DNA of 64,000 nt from an uncultured bacterium (GCA_965368975.1 CBDUPA010000002.1:1-64000); one strand, 5' to 3'. Counted from the stretch's first letter, positions 9,751 to 19,698 are shown. Notes: a model not told the origin generated them from the letters alone. A program made the numbers and translations.

Positions 9751-11132
9751 GCACCACAAACCAACAGCAGAGGAAGCGGGTCCTGGTCCTCGGCGCCGGG
9801 CTGGTCGCCAAACCCCTGCTCGACGAGCTGCAAGCCCGCGGTGACGTCGAGATCGAACTCGGCGCGATCAACATCGACCGCGTTCACAGCCTGCTCGAAG
9901 GTCGACCACACGCCCACGGCACGGAACTGGACTCCGGCGACCACGACGCACTCAGCGCCGCCATAGACCGTGCCCAGGCGGTCGTCAGCTTGCTGCCGGC
10001 CACCCTGCACGTCAAGGTCGCCGAGGCGTGCGTCGAACGCGGCAAGCCGCTGGTGACCACGTCCTACGTGTCCGAGGAAATGGCGGCTCTCGACGACGCG
10101 GCGCGTCGAGCCGGCGTCTTGCTGCTCAACGAGTGCGGCCTTGATCCCGGCATCGACCACGCCATGGCCAGCGAAGCGATCCGCAAGGTCGAGCGGGACG
10201 GCGGCTCGGTGCTGCGCTTCGGCTCCTACTGTGGCGGCCTGCCAGCACTCGAAGCGGGCACCAACCCATGGGGCTACAAGTTCAGCTGGAGTCCGCGCGG
10301 CGTGCTGATGGCGGCCCGCAGCCCGGTGCGCTACCTGCGCGACGGCGAAACCGTGGACCGCGACACCCCCTACTCTCCCGAGAGCGTGACCGAACTGGAA
10401 GTACCCGGCATCGGCAACATGGAGGGCTACCCCAACCGCGACAGCCTCGCTTACCGCGAGATCTACGGCCTCGACAAGCCGCCTCACCAGCTCGAGGGCA
10501 TGATTCGGGGCACCCTACGCTACGCCGGCTGGAGCAAGACGGTACGCGGCCTGATGAACATCGGCCTACTCGACCTTGAGCCCGAAGCGCTCGACGACGT
10601 CACCAGCTATCGCGACTGGCTGCAACGCAAACTGCCTACCGGCACCGCTCCGCTGGTGACGCGCCTGGCCGCGGCTCTGGACCTGCACGTCGACGACGAC
10701 GTGATCTCGCGCATCGAGTGGCTCGGCCTCCTGTCTGAGCGCCCCGTCGCAGTACCGGCCTGGAGCGAGAACAGCCACGTCGCGCCTCTCGACGTCCTCG
10801 CCGAGCGCATGCTCGCCAAGCTCCAGTACAAGTCTGGCGAGCGCGACATGGCATTGCTCGAGCACGAACTGGTGATCCGCGACGCCGAGGGCAAGAAGCG
10901 CTACCGCCGTGAGCGCATCCTGGCGATCGGCCTGGCTGGCGACGACTCCGCCATGGCGACCACGGTCAGCATCCCTGCCGCCACTGCCTGCGGCCTCATC
11001 CTGGATGGCCGCCTCGACCACCTCAGCGGCATCCAACGCCCCCTGCAGCCAGAGATCGCGCGCCCCATCCTCGACCGCCTGGAAGCACACAATATCGTCG
11101 TCGAGAGTTACGAAGACCTACTGGACGACTGA
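9747..11132 (+). CDS. Saccharopine dehydrogenase (SDH half of AASS / Lys9-like)
   Basis: LVLGAGLV, VTTSYVS, NECGLDPGIDH, SYCGGLP, NPWGYKFSWSPRGVL, EGYPNRDS, RGTLRYAG; ATGA overlap with upstream gene. Confidence 0.9.
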   Translation: MSTTNQQQRKRVLVLGAGLVAKPLLDELQARGDVEIELGAINIDRVHSLLEGRPHAHGTELDSGDHDALSAAIDRAQAVVSLLPATLHVKVAEACVERGKPLVTTSYVSEEMAALDDAARRAGVLLLNECGLDPGIDHAMASEAIRKVERDGGSVLRFGSYCGGLPALEAGTNPWGYKFSWSPRGVLMAARSPVRYLRDGETVDRDTPYSPESVTELEVPGIGNMEGYPNRDSLAYREIYGLDKPPHQLEGMIRGTLRYAGWSKTVRGLMNIGLLDLEPEALDDVTSYRDWLQRKLPTGTAPLVTRLAAALDLHVDDDVISRIEWLGLLSERPVAVPAWSENSHVAPLDVLAERMLAKLQYKSGERDMALLEHELVIRDAEGKKRYRRERILAIGLAGDDSAMATTVSIPAATACGLILDGRLDHLSGIQRPLQPEIARPILDRLEAHNIVVESYEDLLDD

Positions 11133-11159
11133 AGCGTCGGCAGAAGACGCCCAACCAAC

Positions 11160-11831
11160 ATGTCCAGCCGTCGCAGCCCGCTGCTCCCCCTCCTCGGTGC
11201 GCTGCTCGCCCTCTTCGGTGTCGTCGCGGCTGGGCTCGCTGCCTGGAGCGCCCGCCAGCAGCCCGAGACGGAACTGCAGTGCGTCGACTCGGGCACCACC
11301 ACTCGCACCGCCTGTTCTCCCCGGCACTTCCACACCGGCGACCTCCTCTTCCTGCGCGGTACCAGCCTGCGCACCCGAGTCGTCCTAGGAGCCGACCCCG
11401 ACTCTCCTTACTCCCATGTCGGCATGGTCCAGCGGCGCGGCAGCTTGGTCCTGCTCCTGCATGCGGCCCCCGATCCACCCGTTCCAGGCGGAGCCTCCGT
11501 GGTGCGCGCCGAACCGCTCGTCACGGTGCTGCGCCGCGCCGTCCATGCCGCCGTCTACCGACCTCGCAGTACCGAAGCCGAGATCAACGCAGCCGTGGAC
11601 GCCGCACGCACCTACCTCAGCCGTCCCTTCGACGCCGACCTCGACCTCGACAGCGACGCCGCGATCTACTGCACCGAACTCGTCTGGCGCGCCTGGAACC
11701 AGGCCGGCGTCGAGCTGCTGCCCCACGGCCCCGCCGAGATCTCGACCCCCTTCGGTCGCGGCACCTACGCCCTGCCCAGCCAACTCCTCGACAATTACCA
11801 CTTCGCCCTCGTCATGCGTCTCCAGCCGTGA
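11160..11831 (+). CDS. Permuted papain-like amidase, YiiX/YebB (permuted NlpC/P60) family
   Basis: N-terminal TM/signal; GDLLF, YSHVGMV, LHA, PFD...IYCTELVWRAW (His precedes Cys). Confidence 0.8.
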   Translation: MSSRRSPLLPLLGALLALFGVVAAGLAAWSARQQPETELQCVDSGTTTRTACSPRHFHTGDLLFLRGTSLRTRVVLGADPDSPYSHVGMVQRRGSLVLLLHAAPDPPVPGGASVVRAEPLVTVLRRAVHAAVYRPRSTEAEINAAVDAARTYLSRPFDADLDLDSDAAIYCTELVWRAWNQAGVELLPHGPAEISTPFGRGTYALPSQLLDNYHFALVMRLQP

Positions 11832-11921
11832 CCGGCTTGCGATATCCTCGCACTCACCACCCTTGCACTCGCCATCCTTGCAACACGCCGTTTCAACCCG
11901 ACCTTCCAGGAGACGTTCACC

Positions 11922-12413
11922 ATGCACGCCGCCACCCTGCAAGCCATGCGACCGCTGTTCGCCACGATCCTCTTCGTCCTGCTCGCCCTCACTGCCTGCG
12001 GCGGTCTCGGCGGCGGCCCCGAAGCCACCGTCTACAAGTTCAACCAGTACGTCGCCGACGGCAACATCGACCAAGCCATCACCCTACTGGGCAGCGACTG
12101 CCGCCGCATGGGCGACCAAAAGTGGCGCCGCATTCTCGAAGAGCGCAGCAGTGACATCAGCGAGAAAAAGGGCATCAAGAAGCTCGAGACACAGGCCGAC
12201 GCTCCGAGCGCCAGTGGTCATGAGGAGGCCAGTAGCGACAACGGCGAAGTCAACGCGGAAGCCAACGCCGAGGCAGAGGCCAAGGCGGAGCGAGAGCGCC
12301 AGACGATCCGCGTGCGCACCACCGTCACCTATGGCAACGGCGAGACCGAGAGCGATTGGGTCACCCTGGTGAAGGAAGAAGAAGGCTGGAAGATCAGCTG
12401 CACCGGTAAATGA
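11922..12413 (+). CDS. Lipoprotein, DUF4878/NTF2-like
   Basis: Lipobox LTAC; GPEATV, GNIDQA, VTYGNGETE, LVKEEEGWKI; SD AGGAG upstream. Confidence 0.65.
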   Translation: MHAATLQAMRPLFATILFVLLALTACGGLGGGPEATVYKFNQYVADGNIDQAITLLGSDCRRMGDQKWRRILEERSSDISEKKGIKKLETQADAPSASGHEEASSDNGEVNAEANAEAEAKAERERQTIRVRTTVTYGNGETESDWVTLVKEEEGWKISCTGK

Positions 12414-12428
12414 GGCGGCCGCGCACCG

Positions 12429-12458
12429 TTGACACCACCCTGCCGCCCCTGCTAGATT
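12429..12458 (+). promoter_or_regulatory. Sigma70-type promoter for the tRNA-Val/thrS unit
   Basis: TTGACA-18 nt-TAGATT with extended TG. Confidence 0.7.
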
Positions 12459-12561
12459 CCTCGTCCTCGTCCGGCGGAATCCGCCACGACGAACTTTGAC
12501 AGCTGGAGCGCCTCAGCGAACGCGATACTGCAACGCGATCCGGAAGCGCAAAGAAGATCAC

Positions 12562-12638
12562 AGACCCGTAGCTCAGCTGGTTAGAGCGCTACGTTGACAT
12601 CGTAGAGGTCAGCGGTTCGAGTCCGCTCGGGTCTACCA
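12562..12638 (+). tRNA. tRNA-Val(GAC)
   Basis: Cloverleaf: acceptor AGACCCG/CGGGTCT, D-arm GCTC..GAGC, anticodon loop TTGACAT, T-loop TTCGAGT, encoded CCA. Confidence 0.97.
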
Positions 12639-12669
12639 TCTCCCTTCAAGCTGTCGCGACGGTTCGAGC

Positions 12670-12746
12670 AGGCGCTTAGCTCAGCTGGTTAGAGCGCTAC
12701 CTTCACACGGTAGAGGTCAGCGGTTCGAGTCCGCTAGCGCCTACCA
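12670..12746 (+). tRNA. tRNA-Val(CAC)
   Basis: Acceptor AGGCGCT/AGCGCCT, anticodon loop TTCACAC, T-loop TTCGAGT, encoded CCA. Confidence 0.97.
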
Positions 12747-12823
12747 CTCGCCACCGCCGCCCCGCACACCGCCCGAGGTCCCCCTTCCCTCCCTGCCAAT
12801 CCAGCAACCAGCGGAACCCGATC

Positions 12824-14755
12824 ATGGCCAATGCAAGCGTGAACCTGACCCTCCCCAACGGCGACGTACGTTCGGTGGAAGCCGGGACTACCGCGCTGGA
12901 CGTGGCCAGGAGCATCGGCCCAGGCCTGGCCAAGGCGGCTGTGGGCGCCGAGCTGGACGGCCAGATGATCGACCTGCGCTTGCCGCTCACCGTGAGCGGT
13001 GCTTTCCGCCTGATCACCACCAAGGACGCGGAAGCGGGTGACTTCATCCGTCATTCCGCCGAGCACGTGCTGGCCGACGCGGTCAAGCGCCTGTGGCCGG
13101 AAGTGGAGATCGACGCCGGACGTCAAGATCATTCGGAAAAATTCCAGTACGACTTCCGCTTCCCGCGCGCCTTCACGCCGGAAGACCTCGAACAGATCGA
13201 GGCCAAGATGAACGAGATCTTGAAGGAGAAGGCAACCTTCGTGCGCCGCGAGGTGAGCCGCGAGGAAGCCACCGAGATCTTCCGCTCGATGGGTGAGAAC
13301 CTGAAGATCGAGCGCCTGGCCGACATTCCGGAAGGCGAGACAATTACGCTCTACCAGCACGGCGAGTTCCTCGACCTGTGCCGCGGTCCGCACGCTCAGA
13401 CCACCAAGCAGGTCGGCGCCGTCAAGCTGCTGGACACGGGTGGCGCCTACTTCCGGGGCGACGAGAACAACGAGATGCTACAGCGCATCTACGGCACCGC
13501 CTTCGGCAGCAAGAAGGAGATGGAAGAGTACCTGCAGCGCATCGAAGAAGCGCGCGCCCGCGACCATCGCAAACTGGGCCAGGACCTCGACCTCTTCAGC
13601 TTCGACGCCGTCGCCCCCGCGACGCCGTTCTTCCACCCCAAGGGTACTGTGCTCTACAACGGCCTGGTGGACTACGTGCGCGAGCGCTACTTCCAGTACG
13701 GCTACGGCGAGGTGATCACGCCGCAGATCATGGATGTCGACCTGTGGCACAAGAGCGGCCACTGGGACAACTACCGCGACGGCATGTTCTTCACCGACGC
13801 CGACGAGCGCCAGATGGCGGTCAAGCCGATGAACTGCCCGTCGCACTGCTTGATCTTCGCCACCCGCCGCCGCTCCTACCGCGAGCTGCCGATCCGCTAC
13901 GCCGACTTCGGCCGCCTGCACCGCTACGAGCGCAGCGGCGTTACCTCGGGCCTGTTCCGCGTGCGCTCCTTCTGTCAGGACGACGCCCACATCTTCTGCA
14001 CCGAGGACCAGATCCAGGAAGAAGTGCTGAGCGTCACGCACATGATCCTGGACCTCTACCGCGCCTTCGGCTTCCAAGGCCTCAAGATCGAGATCTCGAC
14101 GCGTCCCGAAAAGAGCGTCGGAACGCAAGAACAGTGGGACATCGCCGAGGCGGCGCTCAAGGCGGCGCTGGACAGCGAGAACATCGAATACGGCATCGAC
14201 GAAGGCGCCGGCGCTTTCTACGGCCCCAAGATCGACTTCCAGGTACAGGACGCCATCGGTCGCTCCTGGCAGCTGGGCACGGTGCAGCTGGACTACCAGA
14301 TGCCCGAGCGCTTCGAGCTCAGCTACATCGGCACCGACGGCGGCGAGCACCGTCCGGTCATGATCCATCGCGCCATGCTCGGTTCGCTGGAGCGCTTCCT
14401 CGGCGTCTACATCGAACACACCGCGGGCGCCTTCCCGCTGTGGCTGGCACCGGTGCAAGCCGTGGTGCTGCCGGTGTCCGAGAAGTTCGCCGACTACGGC
14501 GCCGAGGTCTACAAGCAACTCAAGGCCGCCGGCCTGCGCGCTGAGCTCGACGACCGCAACGAGAAGCTCGGCTACCGCATCCGCGAGGCGCAGCTGCAGA
14601 AGGTCCCCTACATGCTCGTCGTCGGTGCCCGTGAAGCCGAGGACGGCACCGTCGCGGTACGGCGGCGGCGCGGCGAGGACCTCGGTACCATACCGGTTAC
14701 CGAGTTCGTCGAGCATGCCGAGAAGCTGATCGGCGAACGCAGTCCGGAGCTGTAG
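12824..14755 (+). CDS. thrS: Threonyl-tRNA synthetase
   Basis: TGS domain, RHSAEHVLA, DLCRGPH, RDHRKLG, KPMNCP, AFYGPKID, HRAMLGSLERF. Confidence 0.98.
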   Translation: MANASVNLTLPNGDVRSVEAGTTALDVARSIGPGLAKAAVGAELDGQMIDLRLPLTVSGAFRLITTKDAEAGDFIRHSAEHVLADAVKRLWPEVEIDAGRQDHSEKFQYDFRFPRAFTPEDLEQIEAKMNEILKEKATFVRREVSREEATEIFRSMGENLKIERLADIPEGETITLYQHGEFLDLCRGPHAQTTKQVGAVKLLDTGGAYFRGDENNEMLQRIYGTAFGSKKEMEEYLQRIEEARARDHRKLGQDLDLFSFDAVAPATPFFHPKGTVLYNGLVDYVRERYFQYGYGEVITPQIMDVDLWHKSGHWDNYRDGMFFTDADERQMAVKPMNCPSHCLIFATRRRSYRELPIRYADFGRLHRYERSGVTSGLFRVRSFCQDDAHIFCTEDQIQEEVLSVTHMILDLYRAFGFQGLKIEISTRPEKSVGTQEQWDIAEAALKAALDSENIEYGIDEGAGAFYGPKIDFQVQDAIGRSWQLGTVQLDYQMPERFELSYIGTDGGEHRPVMIHRAMLGSLERFLGVYIEHTAGAFPLWLAPVQAVVLPVSEKFADYGAEVYKQLKAAGLRAELDDRNEKLGYRIREAQLQKVPYMLVVGAREAEDGTVAVRRRRGEDLGTIPVTEFVEHAEKLIGERSPEL

Positions 14756-14793
14756 GAGACAGGCGCCCTAAGCCCTGATCAGGACAACAGAGC

Positions 14794-14822
14794 TGGACGC
14801 CGCTGCCGTCATCCGCTACAAT
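14794..14822 (+). promoter_or_regulatory. Sigma70-type promoter upstream of rpmI
   Basis: TGGACG-17 nt-TACAAT. Confidence 0.6.
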
Positions 14823-14946
14823 TCACGATTCCTTCACGCCGAGCCGGGGAAGGGCATCTCCCGGCCGGCCTTCGCGTCCCAACGGATCACATCCAAGCGG
14901 ACGCCACCACCCAATAACAAGCATGCCTACAGCAAGGAGACGAGCT

Positions 14947-15141
14947 GTGCCCAAGCAGAAAACGCACAAGGGAGCGGCCAAGCGGTTCAAGCTGACCGCC
15001 AAGGGCAAGGTAGTGCGGCATCACTCGATGACCAGCCACATCCTCACCAAGAAGACCACCAAGCGTAAGCGCAACCTACGCAAGTCGGCACTGGTGAGTC
15101 CGGCGTTTGCCGACCAGATCAAGCAGATGATCGACGTCTGA
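14947..15141 (+). CDS. rpmI: 50S ribosomal protein L35
   Basis: GTG start after AAGGAG; [20 protein letters not shown]...[15 protein letters not shown]. Confidence 0.95.
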   Translation: MPKQKTHKGAAKRFKLTAKGKVVRHHSMTSHILTKKTTKRKRNLRKSALVSPAFADQIKQMIDV

Positions 15142-15354
15142 GCCGGCCGAGCGCCGGTTCTCTCTACATCGACATCAGGGGCGCCGAGCATCGGCACCAC
15201 GGCAAGTACCCCGGGGCGAACCTGTCCGCGGGTGCTTGATGATTCCATGAGTCCACGGTCGCCTGACGGCCGAGCCGGACTCATTCACAAGCTGTTCAAC
15301 TCGAGTTGACAAGGCTGGCCACGGAGCCGGCCGAAAGAAACGAGGTTCACGACT

Positions 15355-15726
15355 ATGGCACGCGTCAAGCGCGGAAACGTCCGCATTCAGAAGCGCAAGA
15401 AGGTTCTCAAGCAGGCCAAGGGCTACTTCGGCATGAAGTCGAAGAACTACCGCCTGGCCAAAGAAGCAGTGGATCGGGCTCTGCAGTTCGCCTACCGCGA
15501 CCGCCGTCAGCGCAAGCGTCAGATGCGCCGTCTCTGGATCCTGCGCATCAACGCCGCGGCGCACCAGAACGGGCTGAGCTACAGCCGTCTGATGCACGGC
15601 CTGAAGACCGCTGGCATCGACATCAACCGCAAGATCCTGGCCGATCTGGCGGTCCGTGACCCGCAGGGCTTCACCAAGCTCGCCGAAGCGGCGCGCGGCG
15701 CTCTGGACGAGGCCGCGGGGGGCTGA
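15355..15726 (+). CDS. rplT: 50S ribosomal protein L20
   Basis: [48 protein letters not shown]. Confidence 0.98.
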   Translation: MARVKRGNVRIQKRKKVLKQAKGYFGMKSKNYRLAKEAVDRALQFAYRDRRQRKRQMRRLWILRINAAAHQNGLSYSRLMHGLKTAGIDINRKILADLAVRDPQGFTKLAEAARGALDEAAGG

Positions 15727-15730
15727 GCCA

Positions 15731-16798
15731 ATGGCGGCGGACGCGTTGACTGGCGACGCACTCGCCGGTGTGGCGGCACGTGGTGAAGCTTTCGACCAGG
15801 AAGCCGCCACGGTCGCCGACCGAGACGCCTGGGAGGCCTTGCGGCTCAAGTGGGTCGGGCGCAAGCAGGGGATCCTGCGCGCCCTGCTCGCCGGCATCAA
15901 AGAGGTGGCGCCGGAGCAGCGCAAGGACTACGGCCAGCAGGTCAACCAGCTCAAGGTACGCGTCGAGGCACGCCTCGAGGAGCTCGGCGGCAACCTGAGC
16001 GCGGCCGAGAAGCAGCAGGCACAGACCGCCGCCGCGGTCGACGTCACGCTGCCGGGCCGCCGGCCGTCGCTCGGCAGTCTGCACCCGGTGACCCTGGTGG
16101 CGCTGGAGATCGAGCAGATCTTCGCCGAGCTCGGATACAGCGTCGCGCAGGGGCCGGAGGTCGAAACCGACTTCCACAACTTCGAGGCTCTCAACATCCC
16201 CGAAGACCACCCGGCGCGCGACACGCAGGACACCTTCTTCGTCGAGAGCAAGGCTCCAGACTCCGGTACGCTGCTGCGCACGCACACGTCGCCAGTGCAG
16301 ATCCGTACCATGCTGTCGCGCCAGCCGCCGATCCGCGTCATCTGCCCGGGCCGCGTCTACCGCAACGACAACGACTTGCGGCACTCGCCGATGTTCCATC
16401 AGGTCGAGGGCCTGGCGGTCGCCGAGGGCATCACTGTCGGCGACCTCAAGGGTACGCTCAACGCCTTCCTGCAGCGCCTCTTCGGCGCCCACACGCAGGT
16501 GCGGCTGCGCCCCAGCTTCTTCCCCTTCACCGAGCCGTCGGCCGAGGTCGACGTCACCTGCACGAACTGCCGCGGTGACGGCTGCCAGGTGTGCTCTGGC
16601 ACCGGCTGGATGGAGATCCTCGGCTGCGGCATGGTCGACCCCCGCGTGCTGCGCAAGTGCAACATCGACCCGGAGCGCTACAGCGGCTTCGCCTTTGGTC
16701 TCGGTATCGACCGCGTGGCGATGATCCGCTACGGCATCCCCAACATCCGTTTGCTGTTCGACAACGACCTGCGGCTCCTGCGCCAGGTCCGCGAGTAG
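15731..16798 (+). CDS. pheS: Phenylalanyl-tRNA synthetase alpha subunit
   Basis: DVTLPG, NFEALNIPEDHPARDTQDTFF, LLRTHTSPVQIR, FHQVEGL, RPSFFPFTEPS, GFAFGLG; start ATG 15731. Confidence 0.97.
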   Translation: MAADALTGDALAGVAARGEAFDQEAATVADRDAWEALRLKWVGRKQGILRALLAGIKEVAPEQRKDYGQQVNQLKVRVEARLEELGGNLSAAEKQQAQTAAAVDVTLPGRRPSLGSLHPVTLVALEIEQIFAELGYSVAQGPEVETDFHNFEALNIPEDHPARDTQDTFFVESKAPDSGTLLRTHTSPVQIRTMLSRQPPIRVICPGRVYRNDNDLRHSPMFHQVEGLAVAEGITVGDLKGTLNAFLQRLFGAHTQVRLRPSFFPFTEPSAEVDVTCTNCRGDGCQVCSGTGWMEILGCGMVDPRVLRKCNIDPERYSGFAFGLGIDRVAMIRYGIPNIRLLFDNDLRLLRQVRE

Positions 16799-16825
16799 CA
16801 GGGTCCGCGAGAACGAGATTCTTCC

Positions 16826-18913
16826 ATGCAGTTTTCCCGCAACTGGATCTGCGAGCACGTCGATTGGGGCGCGAGCGATGCGCTACCCGAGGTCGACGAT
16901 CTGGCGCACCGACTGACCCAGGCCGGTCACGCGGTCGAAGGTGAAGAGACCGTCGAGGGGCATGATGGCGGCAAGGATGTCGTGCTCGACTTCGACATCA
17001 CCACCAATCGACCGGACTGCATGAACCACTTGGGGCTCGCGCGCGAGCTATCAGTGCTCTACGGCCGGCCACTGCGCCCGCTCGAACTGCCCGAGGTCGA
17101 GGTTCTCGCCGGCAACGGAGATGCTGAGCAAGCGCTGGCCTACATTGATGATCCGCAGCTGTGCCGGCGCTATGTCGGCCTGATCGTGCGCGGCGTCAAG
17201 GTCGGCCCGAGTCCGGACTGGCTGGTGGAGAAGCTGCAGGCGGTTGGCGTACGCTCGATCAACAACGTGGTGGATGTCACGAACTACGTGCTGTGGGAAC
17301 TCGGCCAGCCGAGTCACGCCTACGACCTCGAGCGCGTCCACGACCGGACCCTCCGTGTCCGTCGCGCGAGCGGCGGCGAAAAGTTGGTGACGCTCGACGG
17401 CGAGACGCGCGAGCTGACGGAAGACATGCTCGTGATCGCGGACGGCGCCGAATGCGTTGGCCTGGCCGGCGTCATGGGTGGTCTGGACAGCGAGGTCACC
17501 AACAACACCCGCGACATCCTGCTCGAATGCGCCTGGTTCGATCCCATCAGCGTCCGCCGCACCGCACGCGTGCTCGGCATGCACACCGACGCCAGCCATC
17601 GCTTCGAGCGCGGCGCTGACCTGGAACTGTGCGCCCGTGCCGCCCGCCGGGGAGCCCAGCTGATCCTGCAGCTGGCCGGTGGCGAGTTGGGACCGATGGT
17701 CGACGTCTATCCGCGCCCCTTCGAGCCCCGCACCCTCGACCTGCGTCTGGACCGCCTGGAAGCCTTCGCCGGCATCGAGTACGGCCAGGACAACGTCGAG
17801 ACCTGGCTGACGGGCCTCGGTTGTCGACTGGAGGACCAGGACGCGCAGAACGGCCCCGCTTGGCGCGTGACTGTCCCGAGCTGGCGCCACCACGACATGG
17901 AAGAGACGGCGGACGTCTACGAAGAAGTGATCCGCGTCCATGGCTTCGACGCCATCGAGCCGACGCTGCCGCGCTTGCGTGGTACCGATGGTCACACACC
18001 GGTCGAGCACCTGCGCGCCATGGCCGTGCGCCGGCACCTGGCCGCCTGCGGCTACGCCGAAGTGATCAACTACGCCTTCCACGACGAAGCCGCCGACCGC
18101 AGCTACCCCGGCCTCTACGCTGACCATCAGCCGCTGTACCTGAGCAATCCTCTGTCCGAGCGCTACGCCTTGATGCGCCGTTCGCTGTTGCCCGGCCTGA
18201 TCGAGTCGGCGCGCTTCAACCAGCGCCGCGGTGCCGAAGCGGTGTGCCTGTTCGAGATCGGCCACGTCTTCGCGCAGGGACACGAGACCGAGGCGCTCGC
18301 CATGCTCGCCGGAGGCCAGCCCGGTACCCCGTGGCAAGGCTCGAGACAACTCGACTTCTTCGATCTCAAAGGTGCCCTGGACAGCATCGCCGAAGCCATG
18401 GGCGTGACGCTCGACGCCGAATCCGTGACCGACGGCGAGGACGGCGCTACCAGCGCTCTGGTCCCCGGCTGCCGCGCGGTGCTGCGCCTACGAGCACAGG
18501 GGACGGACGGTGCCGTCGTCGGCTACTGCGGCCAGCTGCACCTCGAGGATATCCCCTTCCCGCTCTTCGTCGCCGAGCTGGAGACCCAGGCTTTCGCCAC
18601 CGAAGACGCCTCGCTCGAAGTCGAGGTGCCGTCGCGCTTCCCGAGCGTCCATGCCGACTTCACCCTCACCCACGCTCGCACGCTGCCCTGGACCGAGATC
18701 GAGGCCGCGATTCGCGAGCTAGCGCCTGCTGACCTCCTCGGCTTCCACCTGCAGGACCGCTACCAGGGCAAAGGCGTGCCGGACGGCGCCGTCAACACCA
18801 CCGTGCACTTCCTCTACAACTCGCCGGCCGGCTCGCTGACCCAAGACGAGGTCAACGAGCGCCAGCAGGGCCTCACCGATGAGCTGGGCCGCCGCTTCGG
18901 CTGGTCGAGCTAG
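16826..18913 (+). CDS. pheT: Phenylalanyl-tRNA synthetase beta subunit (short form lacking the B2 OB-fold)
   Basis: DITTNRPDCM, SINNVVDVTNY, LAGVMGG, TDASHRFERG, NPLS, MRRSLLPGL, C-terminal anticodon-binding domain. Confidence 0.95.
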   Translation: MQFSRNWICEHVDWGASDALPEVDDLAHRLTQAGHAVEGEETVEGHDGGKDVVLDFDITTNRPDCMNHLGLARELSVLYGRPLRPLELPEVEVLAGNGDAEQALAYIDDPQLCRRYVGLIVRGVKVGPSPDWLVEKLQAVGVRSINNVVDVTNYVLWELGQPSHAYDLERVHDRTLRVRRASGGEKLVTLDGETRELTEDMLVIADGAECVGLAGVMGGLDSEVTNNTRDILLECAWFDPISVRRTARVLGMHTDASHRFERGADLELCARAARRGAQLILQLAGGELGPMVDVYPRPFEPRTLDLRLDRLEAFAGIEYGQDNVETWLTGLGCRLEDQDAQNGPAWRVTVPSWRHHDMEETADVYEEVIRVHGFDAIEPTLPRLRGTDGHTPVEHLRAMAVRRHLAACGYAEVINYAFHDEAADRSYPGLYADHQPLYLSNPLSERYALMRRSLLPGLIESARFNQRRGAEAVCLFEIGHVFAQGHETEALAMLAGGQPGTPWQGSRQLDFFDLKGALDSIAEAMGVTLDAESVTDGEDGATSALVPGCRAVLRLRAQGTDGAVVGYCGQLHLEDIPFPLFVAELETQAFATEDASLEVEVPSRFPSVHADFTLTHARTLPWTEIEAAIRELAPADLLGFHLQDRYQGKGVPDGAVNTTVHFLYNSPAGSLTQDEVNERQQGLTDELGRRFGWSS

Positions 18914-18929
18914 CTGAGGAAAGGGCACG

Positions 18930-19229
18930 ATGTCGAAGAAGAAGAGTGACGACGGCTGGCTGGAAGCGCTGGAAACCAAGGTCGGGCAAGCGGCCGCCGA
19001 GCTGAGCCGCTTGCGGGCGTCCAATCAGCAGCTGGCGGCGAAGGTCGAGGAGCTGCAGACGAGCCTCGGTCAGGCTCAGGAAGCGGCGCAGGGTGCGACC
19101 AATCAGGCGGACGAGGCGGCCTGGCTGGACGAGAAAGCACAGATCCGCCGGCGCGTCGAAGAGCTGGCCGAGACGCTGGAAGGCCTACTCGACGTCGACG
19201 CGGACGCCGGCACCGAAGCCGCCCGATGA
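18930..19229 (+). CDS. ZapB-like coiled-coil protein
   Basis: All coiled coil (LEALETKV...LSRLRASNQQLAAKVEEL...IRRRVEELAETL); conserved position pheT-zapB-zapA. Confidence 0.6.
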   Translation: MSKKKSDDGWLEALETKVGQAAAELSRLRASNQQLAAKVEELQTSLGQAQEAAQGATNQADEAAWLDEKAQIRRRVEELAETLEGLLDVDADAGTEAAR

Positions 19230-19383
19230 TCTCCCGATCGCACGCCTGCAGGTCCGCACCCAGCGAAGACTCTGCGGACCGTGTGGTATAGTCTGACCTC
19301 ACCAAGACCGCCGCAGCGGATCATTCCGAGAGTCAGGCCGATCTGACTTTGGCGGTTCTGGGGCGCGGAGAACACGAACCGAC

Positions 19384-19677
19384 ATGAGCGCCAAGGGAAC
19401 GACGACGGCAGTAGAAATCTTCGGTTCCGTGTACTACGTCCGCGGTGACAATGACACTGAGTCCCTTCGCCAGCTGGCAGGCATGGTCGACGCCAAGATG
19501 CGAGAGATCGCCAAGCACGTCACGACTGTCGATACCGCGAAAATCGCGATCCTGGCAGCACTCAACCTGGCCGACGAGCTGAGCAAAGCGAAGGACCAAC
19601 AGCAAGGGGAACGGGTAGAACTCCGGGAGAAGGTAGAAGCGCTGACCGCGCAACTGGAGCAGTCCCTACAAGAGTAG
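19384..19677 (+). CDS. zapA: Cell division protein ZapA
   Basis: VEIFGSVYYV, LAGMVDAKMREI, KIAILAALNLADEL. Confidence 0.9.
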   Translation: MSAKGTTTAVEIFGSVYYVRGDNDTESLRQLAGMVDAKMREIAKHVTTVDTAKIAILAALNLADELSKAKDQQQGERVELREKVEALTAQLEQSLQE

Positions 19678-19698
19678 TCACGAACCGAGCCAGTTTTC

